A stretch of 63,996 nucleotides of DNA, filler included, from Folioceros fuciformis (GCA_049999805.1; 4 parts of 3 records of this genome joined end to end with filler, not necessarily neighbours in it); one strand, 5' to 3'; shown: positions 35,926-48,099, numbered from the whole stretch's first letter. The notes: generated by a model not told the origin, from the letters alone. A program made the numbers and translations.

Positions 35926-37060
35926 CTCCAAGGCCCGTCTTTCGTTAAACAAGTGACCATTTATACAAAATCGGACCTCAAGTCCAGACAACACTCATAA
36001 CTGCAAAAGAAAATTGAATCCGATCCAATACGGCTACCTAGGGACTAGCGGACGCAGCCAGGACTTGCTTTAGTGTCTTAATGAGGAGGCGGGTGTAAGC
36101 ATGCTTTGGTGCCACACTTTTGAACCAATTGGCACAGGTACAAAAGGTCATGTTGTGCTCAAGAGAGAGAATGGTGGTTTATTTATTTATGTTATTTTTT
36201 CATATTTCACTTTAAGTAATTATTTTTTACTATTATAAAAAATTTATTTTCATGATTTTTTTTTATGGTTTATTTTCTACCGGCATGAAAAAGTTACCTT
36301 TATAATTTATAGTTACCTTCTTTTATTTGTGACTTCCGACTTCTTATACTCTCAATTTGGCGTCGAGTTATTTGCAGGCTTTGACAAATGCATTCGCGTT
36401 CAGTAGGAGACAACATGTTTCTTCCTTACTACACCTCCGTGGCCGGTGGCCGCCCCGGCGCATGCGGGCGTGCGTGGTGGAGAGTGATGACGATCGTGTA
36501 AAAAAAAAAAAAAAAAAAAAAGCCGAGGTTCGCGCTCTAAATTGTTGGTGTAGGGTGGCGCGCTTCCCGGCTTTGCAACTGCAACCAGCCATGTTTGGCC
36601 CTTCTGCCTTCCCATTGCAGCCTTTCGTGGGTGACCACATGACGTTGCTCAACCCATGTTGTTGTTGCTAGTGATCATCCCCTGCTGCTGCAATTGTTAG
36701 ATATCCAGGACAATTTGGCAAGAGCAAACAGATATGTCTGCTGACACTTGTTTCTTTTATGTTCTTGGCACTCACTGGTTGCTACCATTGACCCCTGGTT
36801 GTGCATGCCGCAGCTTGGCACCTGTCTCCAGATTCATTGGCATTTAAGGCTGCTGGCTCCTTCCCTCAAACGACCTTCAATGCTACTAAGACTTGGTGCT
36901 CAGCTCCTTGGTTTTTTTCCTTTTCTCTGGATTTTGGGGCCAGCACATCCTACCGTCTGCAAGTGAGGACCCACAATATACGCTTCTCCTATTGTTTCCG
37001 GGTGTGGGGTTAACCTTCTGTTATTCAAAGGCAGTCTTGGAGGAGCTCACAGAGGAAGAG

Positions 37061-37160
37061 NNNNNNNNNNNNNNNNNNNNNNNNNNNNNNNNNNNNNNNN
37101 NNNNTTAATTAATTAANNNNNNNNNNNNNNNNNNNNNNNNNNNNNNNNNNNNNNNNNNNN
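37061..37160. other. Artificial contig-join spacer
   Basis: N44 TTAATTAATTAA N44. Confidence 0.97.
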
Positions 37161-40100
37161 CATCACCCTGTTCGAGAAGTTTGACCAATGTGATCCATGG
37201 AGGAGAAGAGAAGCGCTTGAGAACCCATCACCCAATTTGATCGCGATCCAGAAAGAAGTTTGACCAACCTGATTCATGAGAGAGTTAGAAGGCCAATAAT
37301 CTCTCAACAAGTACTCCATTCTGAGAGCAAAGCAGGTGTCACACCCTCAGGTCTCGCACATGGATCAGCCTATAATGTGCCTGGCTGGGGAGGTACATTG
37401 GTGTGGAAAGGAGAAGGATGGAAGGCGGAAGGTGAAGGGGACGAAGGTAAAGAGAGGGAGGGAGCACCTATCATCTTGTGTGGTTGCGAGTAGTGACATC
37501 CTTATGTAACCGGCGAGATTTGGGGAGGATGAGCGTTAATTAGCAGCAAGGGAGGAAGTGTACTTGCTGCTACTTGTCAATGATTGGTGAAGACAAGTAG
37601 GAAATGGTATTCAAGTCCACTTCATGATTGGTGGAAGGAAGAAGCAGATGGAGGGAGGCAGGGAGATGCAGTCCCTTGCAGCCCGGACTCTGCCTGCTTG
37701 TGGGGTTGTGTGTGGACCAAGTGGATATGGGGAATGCGAGGCCAGGAATCCAACAACAAGAGGCCAACATTCGAGAAAGCCGCGGATAGCAGAGTGGGTA
37801 AACACTAGTCTCTGTCCCAGGGCCCAGCCCAGCCCAGCCCAGCCCAGCCAGCCCCTTTCGGGCCGGCAAAGAGTACATATATGTACATAGCTTGCTGGCC
37901 TCCAACTTGGAACACTTTGCACTGTGTGGGTGGGCAGTTTAGCAAAACATAGGTATGTATGTACATAGCATGGAATATATACAAGTGTACGTACGGAATA
38001 CGCACTGGGATGCACATATGTAGCATACGTATGTACGTCCCCGTAGCTGGAGGAAACATAGAGATGGGCAGCCTCCCGATGCTTATCGCCAAGCCTGCAC
38101 AATAATATAAGGATGAGTGGAACCCACCAAAGCCTGCAAGAAGTCACGGGCGGCTTTATATAGCGGCCCGCAACTTGGTCATAAAGCGCAACAAACAAAA
38201 CAGCGTAAACCCTAGAAAAGCCCTAAAAGGCAGCCCCACAGGGCGTCATCAAGGACGTCTGATAAACAAAGCCGAGTCTCAGCCGCTGCCCCTGCCTCAG
38301 CCCCAGCCGCAGTCCCGACCCCGGGCCACTGTCGTCAATGTTTACCTCGCAGCGATGAGCATTTCTCGGAAACCCGAACCCAGGAATACTGCGTGGCGAA
38401 ACACAAACCACGGCCCGGGTGTCGGCGCCCGCTGCGGCCGATATTTCTCCCGCCCTCCGCCGCTACCGGTCGCGGGCGCGGGCCCGGTCCGCGAGGCAGT
38501 GCTTGCCAGACATGCACCAGCAGAAAAAGGCAAGTGTCTGGCTGGCTCGGGAACTGCGTCCGACAGTGTAGGTGTGTGCACATTGCCACTGTGGATGCTG
38601 CCCACAGTCACCTACCTGGCCATGCTCAGTCGTGCCTCACGGCACGCACGAGCGTTAAGAGAAGTGGTGGCGGTAATGGCTGGCCTGGCCTGTCTGTCCT
38701 GTCCACTTACCGCCCTGGCTGGACGGATGTCAAGGTCTCGGACAGGCTGCAGTTCAGACTGACCTCATCAACAGCAGCCTGCTCTGCTGCTCTGCCACTC
38801 TGCTGCTGCTGCAAAAGGCATCATCACAGGCCAATCCTACGGTTAACTGCACATCACCACACTGCTCACTTCAGACCATGTGCCTGGAGCCACCTTACTT
38901 ACATGCGACACCGAACTCCGGGACTCACTGCCGTCTCTCTCACGGATGAGGCCAGACCTGCACCGTGAAAGCGGCTTGCATTGCTAAACCTGCAACAGGC
39001 CAATCCTGTGAGGAGCAAGAAGTAGAGGAGGGAGGAGGAGGAGGACAACTGGAATCGATGCGGTCAAGGACACGAGGTCAGTGTATCTCAGTTTCTGGAT
39101 ATTGCAGAGTCCCCAACATAACCTGCCTATCATGCCTGGATTTATCGGATTCGGCATTCAGTAACAAAAGTGACAGCTATCTCGAAGTTCAGAGGGCTGC
39201 TACTCAGTGGCTGACCGACGGTCGCAAACCCATCCATGAAGCGCTTCTTCACAGAACCAAGAAGTCCAGAGAACAGCAAAATGCCTTGATCTAGAACGGG
39301 GTTAGCCTGTCCGCATACGCATACTCCCAGTCATGTTAAGCAATGTAATGCATACAGATACCAAACACAAGACACTAGATGTCCAAGCGTTCCAATCCTT
39401 CAAAAACCCTGACCTGGTATCCTCCGAACACGAGCCACTGACTCCACGAGTACAGTGCTGATACTCGGGTCATCGGATGCTAGACTTTGGCGATGCAGTC
39501 TGCAATGCACAAGCACGGAGGGAGGCATACTCCATCATGGATGCTTCCCGAGCTAGATCGAAGTGCAGCAAAAGACATTCCAGTCACCACTGAATCACAG
39601 GAGAGGAATGTTGGTGTCCGCGAGGCCAGGACTGTGTGTGAACCCTCGCTGAAGTAAAAAAAAATACCGAGGAATCGCGATGACCACGGAGGCAACAGAA
39701 ATGAAGCAGGAAACAAGGAAGCCAAGAGCATATCAGTAACAAACAGCCGCCAAGTGCCAAGACACCGTCCGATCTGTCAGATTCTACAAACCTGCTACAC
39801 ATTGAACCTGTCCACCTGCGTGGATTTGCGCATTGCATGAACTTTGTCATCGCTGCGCATCCACAGTCGCTTCAGTGACGAATGCTATGATCCACTGTGC
39901 CACATCAACCTCTCTCGCAACAAACACTGAAGGATTTTGAAACACGGCTCGCGCGTCCAACTTCTCGGAATTCGTCCACTTCGACAGCATTTCGTCCGCT
40001 TCTCTTCGTCGGCGCGAAGTGATTAGGGTTTCGTCAGAACTACGGCAAAGTGGTGACACGGGTTTCACCTGATGACGACGACGAGCTCATGTCGGAGCTC

Positions 40101-41454
40101 GGCCGCCTCTTTGTCTGTCCTTCTGTTGCATCAGCTGAATCTAGCAGCATGCGTAGGCTGGTACTGCACGAAGCTGGTTCCCTTGGGATGTAGGTCCCCC
40201 ATCAACCTCAGCATGTGCCATTGTCTAACCGACTCTGGAGCAAGTAGCCAGTCTGTGCTTTGCTTTGCAAGACGAATCCGGAAAGCCCACTTAGTCCAGC
40301 CCTCCATAGGTGAAACAAGGAAAAGCGCCAAGGCTGCAACCTTCTACTCGAGTAAGCAGTGCCACAAGAATTTTACACGCTGTACAGAGAGGATATCGAA
40401 AATGGGCAAATAGAAGCAGCGACACAGCAACGAGGGAGCTCATGAGACTCTAGACCTGAGATACCTGGGAGTACAGCAGACGAACGTCATGTTGACTACC
40501 TGAATCTGTGGGAAAGGACATACTGCGGGATAACCGTCAATGCTAACAACAAAACGGCTACTACGAAGGATATGGTGGTCCAGGTCTTTGCCGAACGAGA
40601 CCTCTTAGCATTGTGTGAGCAGGCAGTCTACGGCCGTCAGCAACTAACGTTCTATGAGTTATGGTCATCCGTGCATCATCCTTGGAGGCGTAACAGAAAC
40701 ACAACAAAGAAGGAGGTGCACATTCTCCTACCACCTCCTGCACTGGAACGAATGCCCACTCTGTTGAGCTCGCTTGCAATCGACATGCTTGTAGTGTCGG
40801 CTTTTTGCCCGTACGCAATCCACATCTGTTTAAGGGTGATGAATCCATGAGCTACGTCCCTGAATACTGCTGCGTTAAGATATATGCCTCTGCAGGTACT
40901 CACAGGCCAAGTGCTAGGCCAACGACGGTCGGAGGAACCCTTTGTTCTCCAGACCCGTCCAGCAACGTGCGCAGCGATGCAACCGTGGCTGACACTGCTT
41001 CCGCCATTTGCCATCTGTCATCTTCCGTGCTTGTGATGACTGTGACTTGCTGATGATCACCATCACGCATGAATCGACTTGGAATCGGTCTGTGGAATGT
41101 AGGGGAAACAAGAGGCCTACGCTGGATCACCGCTGCATAGAAATCATCTGGGAGTCTCCTGCGGAGGAAGGCATTTGCTGGGAGCATTGGCCATTATTGG
41201 GCGGGGATCCATGGCATCCAATTTTCAAGCCCTAAGCCCTGGCACATTTTCTTGAAAGACATGGGGATGCCCATGTTCAGAAGCCGTGCTTTGCACAGAA
41301 AAGTAACAATCGTTGATGCTGGAAAAATCCAATGAAGCCAGGCCCGACGCTGAAGCATGAACATGCCTGCAGCGGCCGGAGCATAAGCATCTGCGCAAGG
41401 ATGATCACAATCCAGGCTCTGAGACGTCCTGAAACAGGGAAACGCAAGATTTAG

Positions 41455-41462
41455 TAGGGTTT
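41455..41462 (-). promoter_or_regulatory. Telo-box (AAACCCTA) upstream of CNX3
   Basis: TAGGGTTT lies 58 bp before the CNX3 ATG. Other telo-boxes occur at about 38208, 40024 and 48628 (FANCL intron 1). Confidence 0.5.
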
Positions 41463-41519
41463 AGGCGTTGGTTGGTAGCCGCTGGGAGGTGAGGGTGCCC
41501 GGAAGAAGGGGGTGACGCC

Positions 41520-42381
41520 ATGGTTCGGGAAGCGGCTGTTGGGATCCTGGGCAGGCTGCGTCGCAGGGTGGTCGTCTCCGATCCCTGGCATCAGGTGCTG
41601 GCTTCTGGTTTCCGGTCGTGGAGTCAGCCAGGGAGGACGTTCAGCTCTGGGGCGGAAGATGGAATCAAGGAGTTCGAGGAAGAGATGGCTGCAGTGTTCG
41701 GGACGCCTCTGGCAACTGGATCTCCGCTTTCACACACGCGGGGGGCGTCANNNNNNNNNNNNNNNNNNNNNNNNNNNNNNNNNNNNNNNNNNNNNNNNNN
41801 NNNNNNNNNNNNNNNNNNNNNNNNNNNNNNNNNNNNNNNNNNNNNNNNNNGGTGGAGGGGAATCACAGCCTGGGTGTCGGGGGCTCGATTCGGGCAACGC
41901 ACTCTCGCATGTGGATGATGCGGGGAAAGCTGCCATGGTGGATGTGTCGGGGAAGGCAGAATCCAGGAGAAAGGCGGTTGCTTCAGGTAAGGTGATACTG
42001 GGGCAAAAGGCTTTCGCTTTGGTAGCGGCCAATCAGATTGAGAAGGGGGATGTGTTGACGGTTGCGAAAATTGCTGGAATCTGTGGTGCCAAGCAGACTA
42101 GTCACTTGATTCCCCTGTGTCATAGCATCATGCTGAGTGGTGTGGATGTCACCCTTACCCTGGATGACAAGTCGTGCGCTGTTGACATCCGAGCTGAAGC
42201 AAGTGCTGTCGGTCCTACTGGTGTGGAAATGGAGGCTTTGACTGCTGTTTCTGTAGCCAGTCTCACTGTCTATGACATGTGCAAGGCAGTCTCCAAGGAT
42301 ATTCAAGTTTGTAGTATTCAGTTGGAGTCTAAGACGGGTGGGAAGAGTGGGAGCTGGCAGAGGGGAGAGTCAGAGAAGTAG
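41520..42381 (+). CDS. CNX3: Cyclic pyranopterin monophosphate synthase (MoaC/CNX3), mitochondrial, apparently intronless; spans an N gap
   Basis: R-rich presequence and EFEEEMAAVFG. MoaC core LSHVDDAGKAAMVDVSGK, KGDVLTVAKIAGI, LIPLCH, TGVEMEALTAVS, YDMCKAV, KTGGKSG. Confidence 0.95.
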
Positions 42382-42464
42382 ACATGGACTGGGTTTATTA
42401 GAAGAACCTTGGGGCTCTGGACATGTGAGGAATCGGACTCCGCCGCATTACTGTTCTTGAGTTG

Positions 42465-44123
42465 ATGACGATTCTAGCTCTTCCCATTGTCGCAAAGGAT
42501 GTTCATTGTGGAGTTATTTTTCCTCTGTGGGCTGGTGCAGCCACTGGCCGCGGACACAGCCTTCATCTGAAATCATTGTGGGGCAGCATGCCTTCATCTT
42601 CTCCTCCAGGGTATCCGCAGTCTGAGCCAAGGATGGTCTTCAGTGGCGCCAGCAGGAAACTGACAGTGGAAGCGGGGAGTGAGAAGCATGAAGTTGTCAT
42701 AGCTTTGGGTGGCAATTTAGGTGACCGGGTTCAAAATTTTAGAAAAGCTGTGGAGATGATGCGAGCTGCTGGCATCGAAATAGCAGGTCATGCTTGCTTG
42801 TATGAGAGTGCCCCAGCCTATGTCGTAGATCAGCCCAGCTTCCTTAACTCAGCTGTGAGGGCTCATACCAGGATGGATCCCAATGACTTGCTCAAAGCCC
42901 TGAAGAGTATCGAGAATGGCATTGGCCGGGTTGAGGGAGGAGTCAGGTTTGGTCCGAGGCCTATCGATCTGGACATCATTTTCTACGAGAATGTCACTGT
43001 GTCAACGAACACCCTTCAGGTTCCTCACTGCAGATTGTCAGAACGGCCTTTCGTTCTGGCCCCTGTTGTTGATCTTCTTGATGCTGAATTAGACCGCCAC
43101 GGCCATTGGTCTACACACCCAAGCACAAGTGGTGGCATTCTTAAGCTTTGGAATACTCGGGGTGGTGAAGCTCTTGTTGGGCAGGAAGGTCTAAAGCGGG
43201 TTATCCCTGTTGGAGACAAGCTTTGGGATTGGTCTCAAAGAACTCACATCATGGGAATATTAAATATCACTCCAGATAGCTTCAGTGATGGAGGGAAGTA
43301 CATGTCTGTGGGAGAGGCAGTGGCACACGCACGAGCGATGGCAACCCAAGGTGCTGATATTATTGATGTGGGTGCCCAGTCAACTCGACCCAATGCCAAG
43401 AGATTGTCGACCGAGGAGGAGCTGGCACGTCTTATCCCCGTTCTGGAGGAGTTTAAGAAGTTTCCAGAGTTGGAGGATGTCGCCGTCTCCGTCGACACCT
43501 TTGATGCAGCAGTGGCCAGGGAGGCAGTCAGCTGTGGGGCAGACATTATCAATGACGTCTCAGGAGGAAGCATGGACGCGGATATGTACAAAACAGCGGC
43601 TGGATTAGGAGCCGTCTACGTTGCAATGCACATGCGGGGTGATCCCACGACCATGCAAAGTGACAGTAACCTGAGATATGATAATGTGTGCCAAGATATT
43701 GCCAAGGAACTGAGTGAGAGACTGAGAGATGCTCAGTCTGCTGGTATTCCTGCGTGGTCCATCATAACCGATCCGGGGATCGGATTTGCCAAGAACCTTT
43801 GGCAAGACGTGGAGATCCTCCGAAACTTGCAAACTTTCAGAAAGGACCTTTCACACTCGAGCTTGGCGTTCACTCATGCTCCGGTTGTTGTCGGGCCCTC
43901 TAGGAAGAAGTTTTTGGGACGTCTTACTGGTGTCAGCAAGGCTGAGGATCGGGATGCAGCTACGATTGGAGCCATCAGCGTGGGAGTTCTAAACGGTGCC
44001 AACATTGTAAGGGTACACAACGTAGGCGCTGCCAGGGATGCACTGAAGGTCGTGGATGCTATTTGCAAAGGCACCTTGTCTGCCGTTCCTAAAGCCCGCC
44101 AACAAGTTGCAGAGGCGTCGTAA
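42465..44123 (+). CDS. Bifunctional HPPK-DHPS (folate synthesis), no intron within the catalytic ORF; true start uncertain (ATG 42465, 42588 or 42633, or spliced)
   Basis: HPPK: IALGGNLGDR, FLNSAV, RFGPRPIDLDI, PH..ERPFVL. DHPS: MGILNITPDSFSDGG, DVGAQSTRP, SVDTF, INDVSGG, MHMRG, DPGIGF, GPSRKKFLG, VRVHNV. Confidence 0.96.
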   Translation: MTILALPIVAKDVHCGVIFPLWAGAATGRGHSLHLKSLWGSMPSSSPPGYPQSEPRMVFSGASRKLTVEAGSEKHEVVIALGGNLGDRVQNFRKAVEMMRAAGIEIAGHACLYESAPAYVVDQPSFLNSAVRAHTRMDPNDLLKALKSIENGIGRVEGGVRFGPRPIDLDIIFYENVTVSTNTLQVPHCRLSERPFVLAPVVDLLDAELDRHGHWSTHPSTSGGILKLWNTRGGEALVGQEGLKRVIPVGDKLWDWSQRTHIMGILNITPDSFSDGGKYMSVGEAVAHARAMATQGADIIDVGAQSTRPNAKRLSTEEELARLIPVLEEFKKFPELEDVAVSVDTFDAAVAREAVSCGADIINDVSGGSMDADMYKTAAGLGAVYVAMHMRGDPTTMQSDSNLRYDNVCQDIAKELSERLRDAQSAGIPAWSIITDPGIGFAKNLWQDVEILRNLQTFRKDLSHSSLAFTHAPVVVGPSRKKFLGRLTGVSKAEDRDAATIGAISVGVLNGANIVRVHNVGAARDALKVVDAICKGTLSAVPKARQQVAEAS

Positions 44124-45105
44124 CAGGAAAGATTGTTCTCAAACCAACAAAGCATTGTACTTGCTAATGGATCCGGATTGATATATACAGGCATGTAGTA
44201 TTTTCTTCTGTGCCTTCCTGTAGCGAAGATGAGCAGCCGACGCAAAGCTCTCAGGACAAGTAGAGTTATCCAGAAAAAGGATGGCAACTTGGTTGAAAGC
44301 TGTCTCCAGGGTAGAGGAGAAACGGCTCTGGTGCGCAGATGCGCAGACCTGGCTTCTGCTTTCGTCATCTGGCTTCTGAAGATGCCGTTGGCAGATTACA
44401 GATCCTATGAGAGGACGGTCGCTTTTGTCAGCTGTCGGCATCTTTACTCTCTTTCAAGGCGCAGAGCATTTTTATAATTGGAAGGCTTTTGGCTTGAGAG
44501 GCTTCCTAGAACTTGCAGATGTGCCGTTACGCCCGGCCCACATGTCGGTTTCGCCAGATGAACTGACAGGCTATGCTCTTGGTGTGTCCTTCCTTTGCCG
44601 GTTTGATCCCGAGACTGGGCGACCTGGGATGACGGATGCGTGTAAAACATAAATAAAACAAACAAATCAACATTAAGTCAACAGGGACAATGCAAAGACG
44701 GGGAGAGGAAGGCTATGCTATGCATGGCATGTGGACATGTCGACAATTAGGCAGCTATGGAAGCGACGTTTACGGGTAGCCGCAGTTCACCACCTTCGTA
44801 TTAGATAAGAGTGTGACTTGGTGGAGGCACCACGTCCTGTAGAGTAGCATGGAAAGAATGAACCCATGTCTGGACACTGGACGCTCACATGACAGGATCT
44901 CACAACTTTAGAAGGTGGAGGGTGGAAGAATCCTCTGTCATCGAATTCCGTGAGGATTTGGCATTCTAGATGCGGATGAGCATCTTGAGGTGGATGCACT
45001 GTACATCTCGGAAGGCACGAGGTCTTAAACCCACATGAAGGACAGAAACTGAGCCTGCAACTGAGCCTGAGCCTGAGGCTTTCCAACAAGCTGTATTCGC
45101 TTGTC

Positions 45106-47101
45106 ATGGAGTTTGCCGTTGCCTTAGTGGCAGCTGTGGTGGCTGTTACAACAGTGCTATTGCTTCTGCGTGGTGTAGTGGTCAGGGCTCTGCTGATTAG
45201 GAAGCTTCCTCCGGGCCCAACTCAGCTTCCATTGCTGGGAAACCTTGGGATTCTGCTCTTCTCCAAGAATTTGCCTCGTGACCTGATCAAACTCTCCAAG
45301 CAGTATGGCCCCATCATGTGGTTGCAGCTTGGTTCTCGTGGAGCAGCTGTGGTGTCCTCTTCAGAGCTGGCCCGGGAGGTGCTCAAGGAGCAGGGTCAGG
45401 TGTTTGCCTCTCGTCCCTTCAACTACGCCTCGGCCCAGCTCACCTGTGATGCCCAGGACGTCGGAGTGGCTCCTTACGGCCCCCTTCAGACCCACCAGAG
45501 GTACCGGTATCCAAACGTTGGTGAACAATTTTTTAGTCATCCTTCCATTCTTTTCTATTCATGCATGCCTGAGATCCTCCGGACGTCGGTCTCGGCAGGA
45601 AGCTTCTGGCTTCACAGCTGCTCTACCCCATTATGACGGCCAAAAGTGAGCGAGCCAGAATGGCAGAAGTGAACTTCATGATGGAGGCCGTCAGGCTGCA
45701 CGTTCTCAAAGCCAAACCCAACAAACCGGAACCTGTGGATCTGGGACTCTTGTTCCGGATCCTAACCCTGAACAACATCATGCGGATTGGCACCAACCAA
45801 GCTCTGGTTACCTACGACAACATCGCAGGGGATACCACTTGTACCAAAGATGTGAGCTGAAATCCTAGAATGGATGCTGCGCCGGATCCCCGTCGTGAAG
45901 CTCCAATTTAGCTCCTCAATGCTTGGGACTGAATTCACCGTGGGCTCGTTTTGTAGTCTGCAGGTGCAAAGACGACGGGCGCAAGCCGATTCTACAGCAT
46001 GATGAAGGACTACGGAATGTGCTTCGCTTTGCCCATGTTGGGAGATTACATTCCCTGGCTATCCTTCGTGGATGTACTCAACGGCAACAGAGCCAGAGTG
46101 AAACACGTTCGGCGCCGGCTGGAGGCATACGTGAGCAGGGTCATCCAAGAGCATAAAAACAAGCGAAGCTCGGGCTCCGGTCACGATCAGCCCGAAGACT
46201 ACGTCGACGTCCTGCTCAGGCTGAATCAGCCAGACAAAGTCATCCAGGCCCAAATTCTGGTAATCCCTCGCAACAACGAACTTTCGCACCTTCCTCACCT
46301 TCCTACCAACATATCCATGCAACCTTGCAGGACCTGATCGTGGCGGGGACCGACACCATTTCCACCTCCTTGGAATGGGCCTTCACAGAACTGCTGCGAA
46401 ACCCTAGCGTGTACAAGCGGGCGAGGCAGGAGCTATTGTCCGTGGTCGGCCAGGACAGGTCCGTCATGGAATCTGATCTGCCCAACCTGCCCTACACCGA
46501 CGCGATAGTGAAGGAAACCTTGCGGATGTATCCCCCAGTACCTCTCCTGCTGCCACATCTCTCCATCTCCGACACCAAGTTGGCAGGCTACCACATCCCC
46601 GCCAACACCACCATCTTCATCAACGCTCTGGCCATCGGCAGAGACCCCAGTCTGTGGACTCGTCCCGACGACTTCTTACCGGAAAGGTGGCTGCACAGGT
46701 CTGGTATCTGATCTTGTCCCCCTCCCTCCATGCTGGTCTTGCGGATGATCGTGAGCTTGATATGCATCAGGCCATGCGCGCGCTCTACCAACTGAGCTAC
46801 ACTTCCGGATTCCCAGAGTAACCGTGTGTGTGTGTCATCCGTGCTTTGCAGTAACCAGGACGTGAACGTGTTGGGCCTCGGGAAGGGGCCATTGAAGATG
46901 GTGCCCTTCGGCAGCGGGAGAAGGTCATGCGTGGGAGCGGAGTACTCGTTGCGGCTGATGCCGCTCGCCATCGCCAGGCTGCTGCAAAGCTTCACTTGGA
47001 CTTTGCCTGACGACCTCCCAGAGATCGATGTGGTGGAGAAACCGGGCATTTTTCTCAGCCGACGCCATCCTGTGCGGGGCGTCCCATCTTTGCCTTCGTA
47101 G
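45106..47101 (+). CDS. Cytochrome P450, CYP71 clan; about 5 exons (45106-45500, 45599-45840, 45964-46259, 46331-46699, 46852-47101)
   Basis: Membrane anchor, LPPGP, FASRP, I-helix AGTDT, ETLR, PERW, heme FGSGRRSCVG. GT-AG introns can be placed to keep the frame. Confidence 0.93.
46771..46806 (-). other. tRNA 5'-half fragment (Ala-like) within P450 intron 4
   Basis: Minus strand reads GGAAGTGTAGCTCAGTTGGTAGAGCGCGCGCATGGC, with an intact D-arm/A-box but no T-arm. Confidence 0.6.
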
Positions 47102-47372
47102 GTCTACAACTCTTTTAATACGCAGATAATATGTATACATATTTAAACTGTATATATATATAAAATATGAAAACCAACGATAAGCCTGTTTCATTCAATT
47201 TCGTTGCGTAGGTGGTCATTCGAGGAGGCACAGATTGGTCTTTCCAGGGGATGGCGAAGGGCAGTCAGCAGGAGGAAAGATCGACCTAGATGACTTTGCC
47301 CAAAAATGAGGAAGCCAGAATGGCACAAGAGGCCTTCATGCTTCAGTTGGGTTGGGCCGTGAGAATATGCTG

Positions 47373-47985
47373 TCGGAACCTGTGGATCTGGGTCTCGTGT
47401 TCCGGATGCTCACCCCAATCAAGATCGAACGGATTGGCATAAGACAACACCTAAGGCTAGTCCAGTACCATGGGTGGTGAGCTGAACACGCAGACTTCAT
47501 GAATTCTGCTCCAGAGTACCCGACTCGAAGCTCAAAATGCTCGTAACTGAGTCGCCTGCGCGTCCTCAGTACGCAAATGCCAATGTAACTGGGATGGCTG
47601 CACCCCAGATCTCGGAAGGATGGATGTTTTAAACGATATACAGAACAGGGCCTCAGGATTTTCCAGCAGCTTCAAGTCTTCTGTTTACTGCGCTGCAGTG
47701 GTTTGTGTGCTACTGCTGCTGCGGGTCATGCGTGGATCAGGGCTCCCCAACTCAATCTCTCCACAGTTTGTTGGGAACTTTGGCATTCTGCTCGCCTCCA
47801 GTAAGCTGCCCGACCACAGGATCATGTGGCTGCCGCGGAGCAGTCCTCGTGTGTCTTGGGAGCTGGCCTGAGGGAGGCTTAAAGAACAGCGTGGTTCAGG
47901 TGTCCGCCTCTCGCCTTTGCAATTACGCCTCGTCCCAGATTTAACTGTCACCCTCCGGACATCAAGTTCGTGTCGTATCAGGAGA
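47373..47985 (+). pseudogene. Decayed duplicated fragments of the adjacent P450 gene
   Basis: 47373-47445 matches exon 2 (CGGAACCTGTGGATCTGGG..GTTCCGGAT). 47640-47985 matches the 5'UTR/exon 1 (ATCATGTGG, CAGGTGT..GCCTCTCG..AA.TACGCCTCG.CCCAG), with deletions and a stop. Confidence 0.8.
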
Positions 47986-48027
47986 ACAAACGACTATAAT
48001 ATGTATCAACAGTTCCTCAATTTTTGT

Positions 48028-48099
48028 GGTCTCAAAGTCTAGTGGTTAGGACTCTGAACTCTAAATCTAGTACCCCGAGCTCGAATCTCGGTTGGACCT
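48028..48099 (+). pseudogene. tRNA-Gln-derived pseudo-tRNA with CTA (amber) anticodon
   Basis: 72-nt paralogue of 48372-48443. Loop CT-CTA-AA. Mismatches in the acceptor and anticodon stems, GCTCGA instead of GTTCRA, and no oligo-T terminator. Confidence 0.85.

Noticed and set aside
37161-41250. Numerous short ORFs and a TATG/ACAT-rich stretch suggestive of a miRNA or hidden gene
   Set aside because: No recognisable protein motif, conserved miRNA or clean hairpin found by eye; left unresolved (possibly UTR, intron or lncRNA).
41500-41860. Apparent frameshift between the CNX3 N-terminus and the MoaC core
   Set aside because: Caused by the fixed-length 100-N gap.
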